Positions 33,728-43,672 of a stretch of 45,565 bases of DNA are shown one piece after another. The number at the start of each line of letters is the position of its first letter. The stretch's first letter is position 1. Origin of the DNA: Minisyncoccia bacterium. GTDB lineage: Bacteria; Patescibacteriota; Minisyncoccia; Phycocordibacterales; CALRBL01. The notes under the pieces were generated by a model. It saw only the letters and a list, made by a program, of their open reading frames with translations. It ran no database searches and was not told the DNA's origin. The stretch is from positions 75,632-121,196 of the forward strand of contig JBBRPW010000001.1 of assembly GCA_038227435.1 (NCBI GenBank), in the 5' to 3' direction. Position numbers and translations under genes: made by a program.

Positions 33728-34660
33728 TTATTTTATAATTTCATTATATTTCGAAACTTTTTCTGTGTGAATAAAAATAAGGTTATCGTATATATACATT
33801 TCTTTTTGAATGTGTGGATGCACGTACCCTTCGGTGCTAAGTTCAAAGCATTGGTAAGAATTATTTTTCAAAAAATTAATTGCATCTGTATTATTTTTTT
33901 TCCACTCTTCTCCACTTCCAACCTCAATCGACACGATTGGTTTAATTTCCCTAAGAGTTTTTACTCCACCATTTAAAATAATTGATTCGGCACCTTCAGC
34001 ATCAATTTTAATCACCAGTGCTCTATTTTCATTTGGTTGAATATTTTTTAATTCCACAAACTTGTCGATACTTGTGGCATTTACTTTTATTTTTTCGCCA
34101 TGAAGAATACTTTTTAATTCACCAGATGTTCTATCTTTAAATGTATTAAACACACTATTTTTCGGGCCGTAATCCATGAATTCTAAGGTTTGAGGAGTAT
34201 CCATCATAGCCATATTTACAGGCTCTGTTTGATTATAAACAGAAACATTTTTCTTTAGAGTTTCAAATGTACGTGGAGTTGGCTCAAAGGCATACACTGA
34301 ACCATGCTCCCCAACTAACTTTGAAGCGAGCATACTATATGTACCAACATGAGCACCAATATCAATAAAAGTATCACCATCATTTAATATATTGATAAGA
34401 AAATTTGTGAGGTTGGCTTCAAAAAAACCATAGTAATAAATCATATTACCTTCAGGAAGATAGTAAGACATGGTATCTCCCCATAATGTTTTCTTACTTA
34501 TTTTAAATGGATGAATTCGAGCGATTAAACTTAGTATATAGAAGGGAATTGTTTTAAAGGGAGATTTAATTAATCGAGCAAGACGACTGCTTTGAAGTTG
34601 ATACAATTCATAGTTTTTTAACACCATATCTTTTATTTTTTGCTTTTCTTGTGTTTCCAT
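33728..34660 (-). CDS. FkbM-family methyltransferase
   Basis: FIDIGAHVGTYS...VYAFEPTPRTFETL...IKIDAEGAE motifs. Confidence 0.8.
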   Translation of the reverse strand: METQEKQKIKDMVLKNYELYQLQSSRLARLIKSPFKTIPFYILSLIARIHPFKISKKTLWGDTMSYYLPEGNMIYYYGFFEANLTNFLINILNDGDTFIDIGAHVGTYSMLASKLVGEHGSVYAFEPTPRTFETLKKNVSVYNQTEPVNMAMMDTPQTLEFMDYGPKNSVFNTFKDRTSGELKSILHGEKIKVNATSIDKFVELKNIQPNENRALVIKIDAEGAESIILNGGVKTLREIKPIVSIEVGSGEEWKKNNTDAINFLKNNSYQCFELSTEGYVHPHIQKEMYIYDNLIFIHTEKVSKYNEIIK

Positions 34661-34661
34661 T

Positions 34662-35717
34662 TTATTTCTTTAAGTATTTATTATAAAAATATTTTTGTTT
34701 TAATTTTTCGAACAGAGGGAACTTTTTAAAAGGACTATATAGTTTAGCTAAAATCTTCTTTCGTTTTAGTAGTTTTTCATTATGTTTTGCAATGAATCGT
34801 TCTCCATCTTCTAAGTTTCGAGCACGCATAGGGTTAATAGTTCGTCGTTTTGCCTTTTCAATATCTTGATCAAAAATATGCTGTAGAAAAAGTTCGAAGT
34901 CTTTTTTAGTTTTATCGTAATCAAGCTCCGCTTTTACAGGCTCATTGATCATTTTTAAATAAAGTTCATCGTTATTGTCGATTTCTTTAACCTTGTCCAC
35001 CACCTCGTCAAAATTTTTATATGAATGACAATTAATAAAACGCTTCTCATTAAATTCCTTATATACATCAGGATTTCCCCAATATATAGGGATAGTTCGA
35101 GCAACTAGGGAATTAACTAACTTTTCAGTTGTATAACCACTCCGTGATGAGTTTTCAAATGCAATTGAGAATTTATGATTTAATTCGAATGCTAGTTTGT
35201 TGGGAACTTTTCCACCTACATTGTTTAGAAATGGTCCTCCAGAATTTACTTCCTTATATTCACTTAATGTATCAAAAAATTCCTTTCTTCTTCCGTCACT
35301 TAAATAATTGGCGTATACAAAGCTACAGAACTCTCTTTTCTTGGCCAAATCATCTTTTGTAAATGGAATTTGTTTTGAAAAATCAGGATCGCCAGCTAGA
35401 TTGAGTTCAGCATGGCTATAAAATACAGTAATAAGGTATAGGGGGAGTCGATAATACCTATCTTGGAAGTTTAAATAATCAAAACCAATTGCATAATCGC
35501 AAAAATTAAAATTCGGGCTTACATTTTCTCCTGTAAAAAATATTCGGATACAATCATAATTTAAATATTCTGGTGTCGATTCAGTGTAGAAAATGTAATC
35601 AGGATTTTCAGTGAGTTCAACATCATAATACTTTTTCAAAATATTCATTAAAAAATGTCCCAAGTTAAAAGGATCTTGTTTTATAAAGTTACAAATTTTA
35701 ATTCTTATTTTTTTCAT
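34662..35717 (-). CDS. GT10-family alpha-1,3(/4)-fucosyltransferase-like protein
   Basis: KFSIAFENSSRSGYTTEKL (GT10 FENS..GY.TEK signature) and IPIYWGNP. Confidence 0.8.
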   Translation of the reverse strand: MKKIRIKICNFIKQDPFNLGHFLMNILKKYYDVELTENPDYIFYTESTPEYLNYDCIRIFFTGENVSPNFNFCDYAIGFDYLNFQDRYYRLPLYLITVFYSHAELNLAGDPDFSKQIPFTKDDLAKKREFCSFVYANYLSDGRRKEFFDTLSEYKEVNSGGPFLNNVGGKVPNKLAFELNHKFSIAFENSSRSGYTTEKLVNSLVARTIPIYWGNPDVYKEFNEKRFINCHSYKNFDEVVDKVKEIDNNDELYLKMINEPVKAELDYDKTKKDFELFLQHIFDQDIEKAKRRTINPMRARNLEDGERFIAKHNEKLLKRKKILAKLYSPFKKFPLFEKLKQKYFYNKYLKK

Positions 35718-35750
35718 TTGTATGTATTTGATTACTTATTTTTATGATAT

Positions 35751-36671
35751 TTACTTTATTGTCGCTAAAATCTGACTTATATATTTAGGATCCTGGCAAT
35801 CTTCAGGGTTTCTCTCATTAATCTCATTGAAATATTTATAGGGAATTTTGGTTAATTTCATTTCCTTTCTTAAAAACATTTCATATTCCATATCAATATG
35901 GCCTATATCAATCACTTTATACCCAAGTTGGAATAAATCATAGGCGAGCACTTTGGCTGTTGGGCCAAGTGAAATTAGAATAAGCGCTTGCTTTTCAAGC
36001 TTTTTAGCCTCGTTTAGGATTTGCTCATATTTTTCAAATGCATTTTCTGAAGGACAAAGAATTCGTTTTATTGATTGGGTATTATCGAACATATTATTTC
36101 CAACTCCCAAACGACTTTGCTCGCCCTCGATAAGCACTACATTTTTTTGACTCCATATTGAAAACAACTTCTCAAATATTTTTTGAGATCCAGATTTATT
36201 TTTGATAGCTAAATAAGGTCGAGTAATAAATGTATCTCCATATATTTGAGTAGGCGATAGGAGGGCTTTCCATTCATGATTATGTTTAAATAAATGATGA
36301 AGTGCGAACCAGAAACCAATACTCTCAAGGTAGTTCAATTTGCCAAATATTCCGGGAATACAAATAAGTAATTTCGGGTTATTTATTTGAAAGATCTCTT
36401 TTAAACGTAATGCCAGAACACTATCTTTTTTTTGGAAGCCTAAGTCAATATTATTTATAATCGACATTTCACCGTCACCAAACCTAATAACAGATAAATC
36501 TTTAAGTAATATTTCATCAATTGTTTTTTCGATTGAGAGTACTTTTGGCTGATTAGGATTTCCTAAAATATAGATTTTAAAAATATAAAAAATATATGCA
36601 ATATAAGGGCCAACCAATATTCGTAATTTTAGTGGAATACTATTTCTTACAATATTCTTAATTTTAGACAT
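35751..36671 (-). CDS. GT-D type glycosyltransferase (DUF1792-like)
   Basis: SVIRFGDGEMSI signature. ATG at 36671 (MSKIKN) is preferred over the track start at 36755, which overlaps the upstream gene. Confidence 0.65.
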   Translation of the reverse strand: MSKIKNIVRNSIPLKLRILVGPYIAYIFYIFKIYILGNPNQPKVLSIEKTIDEILLKDLSVIRFGDGEMSIINNIDLGFQKKDSVLALRLKEIFQINNPKLLICIPGIFGKLNYLESIGFWFALHHLFKHNHEWKALLSPTQIYGDTFITRPYLAIKNKSGSQKIFEKLFSIWSQKNVVLIEGEQSRLGVGNNMFDNTQSIKRILCPSENAFEKYEQILNEAKKLEKQALILISLGPTAKVLAYDLFQLGYKVIDIGHIDMEYEMFLRKEMKLTKIPYKYFNEINERNPEDCQDPKYISQILATIK

Positions 36672-36702
36672 ATGATATTGGCCACAAACAATTAAAAAAC
36701 TT

Positions 36703-37536
36703 TTAGTTAAATTCTTGAAGTAATTTTTCTTTTTCCACACCGTACTTTCCTTCAATCGTTTCGAGTGTTAAATCATGTTCTAATTCGTATAATTTAGTAT
36801 AAGACATTAATCTAAAACAAGCATAATGAAGCAAAATAATTACGCCTAATTTTCCACATCTCCAAGAATATCTTCCGTATATCCAAAAATATCTAAGAAT
36901 AGCAGCAAGCATGAGAAATAGGCTAAATTTTTTCCCAGCTTTGAATTTGTTCTCAGCTTCCGTTTCGGCATATTTTAAATGTCCCAATATAAATTTTCTA
37001 CCGTTGTATGTACTAAAATGTTTTAGTGCAAATTCAGGAGTATTAGGTAAAAACATTTTTTGATCGTCAGTTCCAATAAATTTACCCATTCCATGAATAT
37101 AGTTTCCTTTGAAGTCCATAAAATCTTTATGAAAGATCATCGGTGCATAGGATTTTAAAGCAAAATGTTTTGTATCGCCCCATATATATGTATGAAGAGG
37201 AACAAAAGCTAACTTAATCCTATCTTGCTTAGAAAGCTCGATAAACTTAGTGAGTAAGCTTTTAGGTGCAATATTATCGGTATAACCCCAGTAAATCCAA
37301 TCAGTTTTGGCAATACTTTTAACAAATTGAAAATTGGCCTCAGTTTCAACATAGCCTGATGTTGCGTCGGGGCGAGTATAGAATTTTGCTCCCAAACTCT
37401 CGGAAATCTCTTTTGTTTTATCAGTACTTCCTCCATCCAAAATACAAACCTCTCCAAATTGAATTAAATTTCGAATGGCATATGCAATTCTTTTTTCTTC
37501 ATTAAAACTAAAAAGTATAAAGGTGACGGTGTTCAT
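36703..37536 (-). CDS. Family 2 glycosyltransferase
   Basis: FILFSFNEEKRI...ILDGGSTDKT motifs. Confidence 0.75.
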   Translation of the reverse strand: MNTVTFILFSFNEEKRIAYAIRNLIQFGEVCILDGGSTDKTKEISESLGAKFYTRPDATSGYVETEANFQFVKSIAKTDWIYWGYTDNIAPKSLLTKFIELSKQDRIKLAFVPLHTYIWGDTKHFALKSYAPMIFHKDFMDFKGNYIHGMGKFIGTDDQKMFLPNTPEFALKHFSTYNGRKFILGHLKYAETEAENKFKAGKKFSLFLMLAAILRYFWIYGRYSWRCGKLGVIILLHYACFRLMSYTKLYELEHDLTLETIEGKYGVEKEKLLQEFN

Positions 37537-37546
37537 ATATAAAAAA

Positions 37547-38533
37547 TTAAACTTCTATTCCCTGAATCCTTTTTCGTGAATCACGGATAAACCTGATAAT
37601 GGGATTTGGAATAAAATAGATAAGTGTTACAAGGATCTTTTGTAACGGATTAAGTATTTCCAAGTTCAGTAATATATATTTAAGGGTTTTAATATTGCAT
37701 TTTAAGCCATGTCCCTTAGCTCGAAGAAGGATAATTAAAATCTTTTTACTATTTAAACTTAAAGTGCTCATAATTCTTTTACTATCAAAACCAAAATTTA
37801 TCATTCGACGAAGTAAGATATTTGAGTTAGTAAAAGTAACAATTTCAAGACCGTCATCGGCCCATCTACATTCTTGACCTGTTTGAATAATCGCCTCAGG
37901 GATCCGAAGCATCGGCTTTTCTGTTTTCGCTTGTAGGCGTAGTACGGTTTCGTAGTAAAGCCAATGTTCAAGAATATCGTCTGGACGCACAATAGAGAGC
38001 CAGAATTCTCGATTAAATATAAGAACACTCAAGCCACCTTCACAATAATTTCTAAAGTAAAACTCGTTAAAATCCGTCACTTCAATTACTTGTTCTTGAG
38101 AAAATACTTTAGCCACTTTATGTGTGTCTTTTGATTTTACAGGAACATGTTCAGAATTAATGGTTACAAGGTCATATTTATTAGTTTTTAATTGATTAAC
38201 TACAAATTGAATTCCTCCATTAATAAATACATCATCATCACCGAAGTACCAGCAATATTTTCCACCCGCCATTTTTACAGCATTTAAAACATTTAAATCA
38301 AACCCTAAATTTTTTTCATTTAAATGATATTTAATGTTCTTAAAGTTCATGCCATATTCCGCCAACATCAATTTAGTTTCTTCGTTGGTTGAATTATCTG
38401 AAACCACAACTTCCACTATATTTTTTAATTCTTCGTTACTATCAAGTTGAATTTTTATACTCTCTAGAAGGATTTTTAAATATTGTGGCCTGTTATAAGT
38501 AGGTATTGTAATAGATAGAAGCAGCTCATTCAT
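37547..38533 (-). CDS. Family 2 glycosyltransferase
   Basis: LSITIPTYNRPQYL...VVSDNSTNEET. ATG at 38533 is preferred over GTG at 38572. Confidence 0.75.
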   Translation of the reverse strand: MNELLLSITIPTYNRPQYLKILLESIKIQLDSNEELKNIVEVVVSDNSTNEETKLMLAEYGMNFKNIKYHLNEKNLGFDLNVLNAVKMAGGKYCWYFGDDDVFINGGIQFVVNQLKTNKYDLVTINSEHVPVKSKDTHKVAKVFSQEQVIEVTDFNEFYFRNYCEGGLSVLIFNREFWLSIVRPDDILEHWLYYETVLRLQAKTEKPMLRIPEAIIQTGQECRWADDGLEIVTFTNSNILLRRMINFGFDSKRIMSTLSLNSKKILIILLRAKGHGLKCNIKTLKYILLNLEILNPLQKILVTLIYFIPNPIIRFIRDSRKRIQGIEV

Positions 38534-38615
38534 AAATATAGTTTGAAGATATTGTTGAATAAATTGTACCACGCACCTCAGTATTCACCAATTGACTCGA
38601 TCAATAAATGTAGTC

Positions 38616-39545
38616 CTATTTTAAGAGTTTTTTGGATAGATTCACTAAATTTTTAACTAGAATACAAAAAATAATGCCAAGTAAGGGAAATAATCCACTG
38701 TAGTCAATTACTATTATTTTAGTTGCTTGAAGTGCTTTTATATAGTTTCTAGCCCTCAAATTAGCTTTAACAACATTAAAATAAGTCCCCGGGGCGTGTT
38801 TACGAGCTTCATCCATAAAATGTTTACGACCTTCCTCTGTTGGATAGTGGCTAGCAGTTTGTTCATTTAAAATATCCCAATCCTCTTTAATATCCTTCAC
38901 ACTTCTTGTTGTAAGTGAGTGTAATCCAATCGAAGCTTCATTCACGTTATAAATAACTGTCGGCTCTTTAATGAAACCAACATCGTATGATCCCGCAACT
39001 CGAGACCACATTTCGGCATCAGATGAAAGGGATTTATTGATAAAGTACCCCAGTTTTGTATAAGCTTCTTTTTTAACCATTACCGCAGAACAAACTCCAT
39101 AGTGGCATTTAAGTGCATCAGCTCCAGCTGTCCAAAATTCTTTTTGATTCTTTTCATTAAATGTTTTTTCGGCAATGTTATTTTCTATCATTGAAAATGA
39201 ATTGGCATGAATGAGAGAAATTGTTGGATGAGATTCAATAATTTTTGTGTAATGAGCAATAGCTCCTGGAAGCATGATATCGTCTGCGTGAAAAATCATT
39301 AGCCATTCCGTTTCGCATTCATCAATACATCTATTCCAGTTTCCCGACATCCCTAAATTACTGCTATTTTGCAAACAGGTAATAGTGGGTTCGTAACCAT
39401 TAGCAATTTCAAACGTTTTATCTGCTGAACAATTATCGATTAAAATAATTTTTTCAATATCGGCTTTATTGGCAACGATACTATCTAGACACCTACTAAT
39501 ATATTTCTCCTTATTATATGAGGGAATTGCTACTGTTAATTTCAT
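38616..39545 (-). CDS. Family 2 glycosyltransferase with a C-terminal TM helix
   Basis: VAIPSYNKEKYI...LIDNCSADKT motifs. Confidence 0.8.
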   Translation of the reverse strand: MKLTVAIPSYNKEKYISRCLDSIVANKADIEKIILIDNCSADKTFEIANGYEPTITCLQNSSNLGMSGNWNRCIDECETEWLMIFHADDIMLPGAIAHYTKIIESHPTISLIHANSFSMIENNIAEKTFNEKNQKEFWTAGADALKCHYGVCSAVMVKKEAYTKLGYFINKSLSSDAEMWSRVAGSYDVGFIKEPTVIYNVNEASIGLHSLTTRSVKDIKEDWDILNEQTASHYPTEEGRKHFMDEARKHAPGTYFNVVKANLRARNYIKALQATKIIVIDYSGLFPLLGIIFCILVKNLVNLSKKLLK

Positions 39546-39546
39546 A

Positions 39547-40845
39547 TTAGCTTTTCAAGATATTAAAGACGATTAATCGAGCTCTTCTTAAAAGTAAGAG
39601 AGAGAGGAATGGTACAAGATATGAAATAAAACTAGCAAAAGCTGCACCTACCATTCCATATTTTGGAATAAGATAAATATTTAAAACAACGTTTACTATC
39701 ATTCCACAGAATGTGGTAACAGAAATGTGCTTGGTTAAATTTTCAGCCACCAATACTTGTTGAACAAATAAGTTAAGTGCTGCACCAATATTACTCCACA
39801 CATAAATGCGCAGAACGGGGAGTGCTTCAATAAATTTTGCTCCAAAAATAATTAAAATTAATTCTCTTGAGAGAAATGTAGTAACAATTGCGATAAGAGT
39901 AGACATAATGGCTAAACTATACAGAAGCTTTTTTAGGCGCTTATAGTAAAGTTCATCCGAGCTTTTTTTAGCGTTAATAATGGCAGGAAAAAGAGCTGCA
40001 ACGATAATATTTGGTACGAAATAAGAAAGCTCAGAAATTCTAACCGCTGCGTCATATAATCCAACTGAAGTAGCATCAAGCATGTATTTAATCATTACCT
40101 GATCAATTCGGGCATAGATTACATAAAAAGCAGAGGCAAAAATAAGTGGGAAGGAATCTTTTAAAATCGATATAGCAATTGTTTTATTAAATTTTAATTT
40201 ATTAATAGTTCCATAAAATTTGGTTCGTAAGTAGAAATATGCAATTGAATACAAGATAGGTTCCAAAAGGATAATTCCAGCTAAATAAATTACTCCTTTA
40301 TCAAAGACAACAACTGTAATTTTTAAAATATTTAAAATTAAAACAACGAAGAAGGAGAAAATAGATGGATATTTTGAATTTGAGTCTGCTTGGAACTCTG
40401 TGCTCAGTAATTGAAACGATGAGAAGAAATATGTAAGACTAATTATAAAAATAAGTAGAAGAGAAACATCTTTTGAAGAAAAAAGAAATGCAGCTCCCAC
40501 ACAGATTGCACTTGTGACAATGGAAGCAAGAACTCTAAGGGAAATCGCACTCCCCAAATATTCATTTCTTTTTTCAGGATATTTAATAAGGTCTCTGTAT
40601 AAGATTTGGTCGATTCCAAGCGATGCTAAAAATGAAAAAATACTTGTAAAACTAATGGCGTAACTTAATTCTCCGTAGTTTTTAGGACCCAAATGTCTTG
40701 CAATATAAGTAGTAGCAATAAACGTAACTACCATTGTGGCAATACGTGCAAAAAACATCCATCCAATATTTTTTGTATGCTTTCTAACTCCTGGCTGAAT
40801 TATTTTCTCTTTAATATAAGAGATGATTGAGGTGATGTTTCCCAT
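39547..40845 (-). CDS. wzx: Oligosaccharide flippase (Wzx-like, MOP superfamily)
   Basis: 432 aa with a profile of about 12 TM helices, in the polysaccharide-biosynthesis-protein position within a GT operon. Confidence 0.75.
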   Translation of the reverse strand: MGNITSIISYIKEKIIQPGVRKHTKNIGWMFFARIATMVVTFIATTYIARHLGPKNYGELSYAISFTSIFSFLASLGIDQILYRDLIKYPEKRNEYLGSAISLRVLASIVTSAICVGAAFLFSSKDVSLLLIFIISLTYFFSSFQLLSTEFQADSNSKYPSIFSFFVVLILNILKITVVVFDKGVIYLAGIILLEPILYSIAYFYLRTKFYGTINKLKFNKTIAISILKDSFPLIFASAFYVIYARIDQVMIKYMLDATSVGLYDAAVRISELSYFVPNIIVAALFPAIINAKKSSDELYYKRLKKLLYSLAIMSTLIAIVTTFLSRELILIIFGAKFIEALPVLRIYVWSNIGAALNLFVQQVLVAENLTKHISVTTFCGMIVNVVLNIYLIPKYGMVGAAFASFISYLVPFLSLLLLRRARLIVFNILKS

Positions 40846-40882
40846 AGAATAGATACGTGATTATGAGCTATTCTAGCTTAAA

Positions 40883-41788
40883 TCACATCTTTTTTCCTCT
40901 TTTGTAATACTTCAAAGTCTCTCTAATCCCGTCTTCTAAAGTAACAGTAGGTTTCCAACCAGGAATTTTATTTCCTTTATTCCACGGAACCATGACCTCA
41001 CGAAGGCGATATGGTTTTTTACCCCAATCAATACTGAGTGTTTCGCCGCTTACTTTTTCAAAAATCTTCGATAATTCTTTAAGAGTCATAAGTTTTTTTG
41101 CACTGATAACAAAAGATTTTCCATTTAGTTTTCTCTTCGTATCTCTTTGAAGTATAGATGTCATTTTTATGAAACCAGAAATAACATTATCAATATAGTT
41201 AATGTCGATAATTTGTTCGCCAGGCGACATCTCTAAAGTTATTTTTGATTCAATATTTTTTAGCCATAAATTGAAAATCTTAGGACGTGTATCTTCAGGT
41301 CCAAAGGTATCGCTCAGCTTCAATGTTACAAAGTTAATATTACCTGCCTCTATATAATATTGAGCAATTGCTTCAATGGCCTGTTTGGTTGCTGCATAGA
41401 TATTGCCAGGGGAGTAATCTTTATTTTGATAGTGTTGCCAAAATGTTCCCGTGTTTATAAACCAAGGAATACCAGCTTTTTCAGACGCTTCAAGAAGGAT
41501 CGATCCAAATAAAACATTAGAAGTAATGAGCGCTGGAATATCTTTTGATTGATGATGTGCCAAAAAAAGTGATGCTAAATGAATTACTCCATCAAATTTC
41601 TGTTTTTTAAATGTTTTAATTAGTGTATCAATGTCTCCGTTCTCTTCTATCACTTTAATTTTTTTTGGCAGATTTGATATGTTCGTGCTTTTCCGAACAA
41701 TAATAGAAACCCGATGACCTTCTTTAAGAAGTGTTTTTGTTAAGTGTCTTCCAATAAATCCAGTAGCCCCGCTAATTAATAGTTTCAT
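40883..41788 (-). CDS. NAD(P)-dependent sugar epimerase/reductase (extended SDR), candidate CDP-4-keto-3,6-dideoxyhexose 4-reductase
   Basis: GATGFIGRHL Rossmann motif and YAATK (YxxxK). ATG at 41788 (MKLLISG) is preferred over 41827. Confidence 0.75.
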   Translation of the reverse strand: MKLLISGATGFIGRHLTKTLLKEGHRVSIIVRKSTNISNLPKKIKVIEENGDIDTLIKTFKKQKFDGVIHLASLFLAHHQSKDIPALITSNVLFGSILLEASEKAGIPWFINTGTFWQHYQNKDYSPGNIYAATKQAIEAIAQYYIEAGNINFVTLKLSDTFGPEDTRPKIFNLWLKNIESKITLEMSPGEQIIDINYIDNVISGFIKMTSILQRDTKRKLNGKSFVISAKKLMTLKELSKIFEKVSGETLSIDWGKKPYRLREVMVPWNKGNKIPGWKPTVTLEDGIRETLKYYKRGKKM

Positions 41789-42329
41789 TGTAAATAAAAG
41801 GAGAATTAAATGTATCAAAGGATTCAAATTCCTTATCTCTTTTTGAAAGAATTGGATTTTCTATCTGCCAATCCATTCCAAAAGAATCTATATGAATGCC
41901 CGCATCATGCTCCTTCGAATACACATCCGATTGAAGATATACCGTGCATGTATTATCTTCCAATGCCAAAAAACCATGAGCACATCCAACTGGAATATGA
42001 GTCATTTTTCTATTCTTTTGGGACATAATAATACTTTCATATTGTCCATATGTAGGCGAACCTACCCTGAGATCAAGTACTACATCAAGAATTGACCCAC
42101 TCGTTACATATATTAATTTAGCGTGTGCTTTCGGAGGTAAATGAAAATGCATTCCTCGAATCACATCTTTTTTTGAGACTGAATAAAAACTTTCTCTAAA
42201 ATCGACGCCAATATTTTTATTTTTAAAAATATTTTCGTGAAATGTTTTAACAAAACTTCCTCGCTCATCTTCATATGCATCGGTTTCAACAAAAAAGACA
42301 CCTGGTAATTTTGTTTCAACGATTTGCAT
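41772..42329 (-). CDS. RmlC-like cupin sugar-nucleotide 3,5- (or 5-) epimerase
   Basis: DERGSF...RGMHFH...KLIYVTSGSILDVVLDLR motifs of the dTDP-4-dehydrorhamnose 3,5-epimerase family. Confidence 0.85.
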   Translation of the reverse strand: MQIVETKLPGVFFVETDAYEDERGSFVKTFHENIFKNKNIGVDFRESFYSVSKKDVIRGMHFHLPPKAHAKLIYVTSGSILDVVLDLRVGSPTYGQYESIIMSQKNRKMTHIPVGCAHGFLALEDNTCTVYLQSDVYSKEHDAGIHIDSFGMDWQIENPILSKRDKEFESFDTFNSPFIYNETIN

Positions 42330-42353
42330 AAAGTATTTTTACAAAAATTAAAA

Positions 42354-43577
42354 TTATTTATATCGTCCTAAGAATTCGTCAATCTTTCTTTTTAAATAAT
42401 TCATTTGTGCCGTGCTTAATCCATGATGGCATGCAAGTACAAACGCATTTCGCATAATGAGGTCAGTATTAGGGAAGAGAGCTGTTGCTTTTTTGTTTTC
42501 AATATTTTTAAATCCAGGTTGCATTAAAATGTTTCCAGTAAACACGGGTCTGGTTTGAATATTGTTTTCTTCAAGAAATTTTACAATGTCTAGTCGTTTA
42601 AATGGTGAACCTGGTTTAATTATAACGGGGAAGGCGAGCCACGCAGTTTCACTTTTTGGAGTTTGTGAAGGTAGGATAAAGTATTTGCTTCGTGTTTCCA
42701 TGAACTTTAACAAATCTGAATAGTTTTCTTTTCGTTTTTTAAGAAATTCAGGGAGTTTTTTGAATTGAGCGAGTGCAAACGCTGAAGAAATTTCAAGTGG
42801 TAGAAAGTTATATCCAATTTCACTAAAAATAAATTTATTATCATAAGGAATTCCTCCAATCTTTCCTTTGAATCGATTCTTTAATAACTCTGAATTTGCT
42901 TTTTCACCAAAAAGTGATGATTGTCGACCCCACCCTCGGAGTACTACAAGTCGATCTACCCATTTTTTATCGTTTACACAAATCATCCCTCCACCTCCTG
43001 CACCGTTAATAATGTGTGAGCCGTAAAAACTGGTTATTGAAATATCTGAATACATTCCAGTTGGTTTTCCGTCGTACTTCGGGCCAATAGTGTCGCAAGA
43101 GTCTTCGATAAACCAAATATCATGTTTTTTAGCAAGTGCGGCAAACGCTTTCATGTTTGGAATATTTCCCATGAGTGAAGGAATCATCATTGCTTTTGTT
43201 TTTGGAGTAATTGCTTTTTTAACTTGCTCAAGACTGATGAGATATGTATTTGGATCAACGTCCACAAAGACAGGAGTTAAACCTTTTTGAATAATGGGAG
43301 CAACAACCGTTGCAAATGTAAGGATAGGAGTAATAACTTCCGACCCACGTGGAAGATTAAGAAGTTCAAATGCAAGTAAGTTAGCAGATGACCCTGAGTT
43401 AACCATTACTCCAAACTTTTTTCCAAAAAGTTTTGCAACTCTCGCTTCAAACTCCTTTGTTTTATCTCCAAGAGCTGTGTTTCCTTTAAGAACCTTAACG
43501 ACTGCGTCAATTTCTTCTTGCCCGTGAACTGAGTATCCATAAGGAACTCGCATCTTATTTGTTTTTGTATCGCTCAT
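42354..43577 (-). CDS. DegT/DnrJ/EryC1-family PMP-dependent sugar 3-dehydratase-like enzyme (RfbH/DdhC- or ColD-like)
   Basis: NSGSSANLLAF and SFYGSHIINGAGGGG, with His where aminotransferases carry the Schiff-base Lys. The whole protein contains only 3 Cys. Confidence 0.75.
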   Translation of the reverse strand: MSDTKTNKMRVPYGYSVHGQEEIDAVVKVLKGNTALGDKTKEFEARVAKLFGKKFGVMVNSGSSANLLAFELLNLPRGSEVITPILTFATVVAPIIQKGLTPVFVDVDPNTYLISLEQVKKAITPKTKAMMIPSLMGNIPNMKAFAALAKKHDIWFIEDSCDTIGPKYDGKPTGMYSDISITSFYGSHIINGAGGGGMICVNDKKWVDRLVVLRGWGRQSSLFGEKANSELLKNRFKGKIGGIPYDNKFIFSEIGYNFLPLEISSAFALAQFKKLPEFLKKRKENYSDLLKFMETRSKYFILPSQTPKSETAWLAFPVIIKPGSPFKRLDIVKFLEENNIQTRPVFTGNILMQPGFKNIENKKATALFPNTDLIMRNAFVLACHHGLSTAQMNYLKRKIDEFLGRYK

Positions 43578-43638
43578 ATATGTTTATGTATTTATCCGAT
43601 GATACTAACATTTTACTGTCTCCAAACAAAGTTTTGTG

Positions 43639-43644
43639 TATAAT
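43639..43644 (+). promoter_or_regulatory. -10 box (GTG-TATAAT) for rfbG-rfbF in the divergent intergenic region
   Basis: TATAAT at 43639-43644, 28 nt upstream of the ATG at 43673. The same GTGTATAAT string occurs at 16931-16939. Confidence 0.4.
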
Positions 43645-43672
43645 AGCGGTGCCTCAAATATAGTAGATATCT

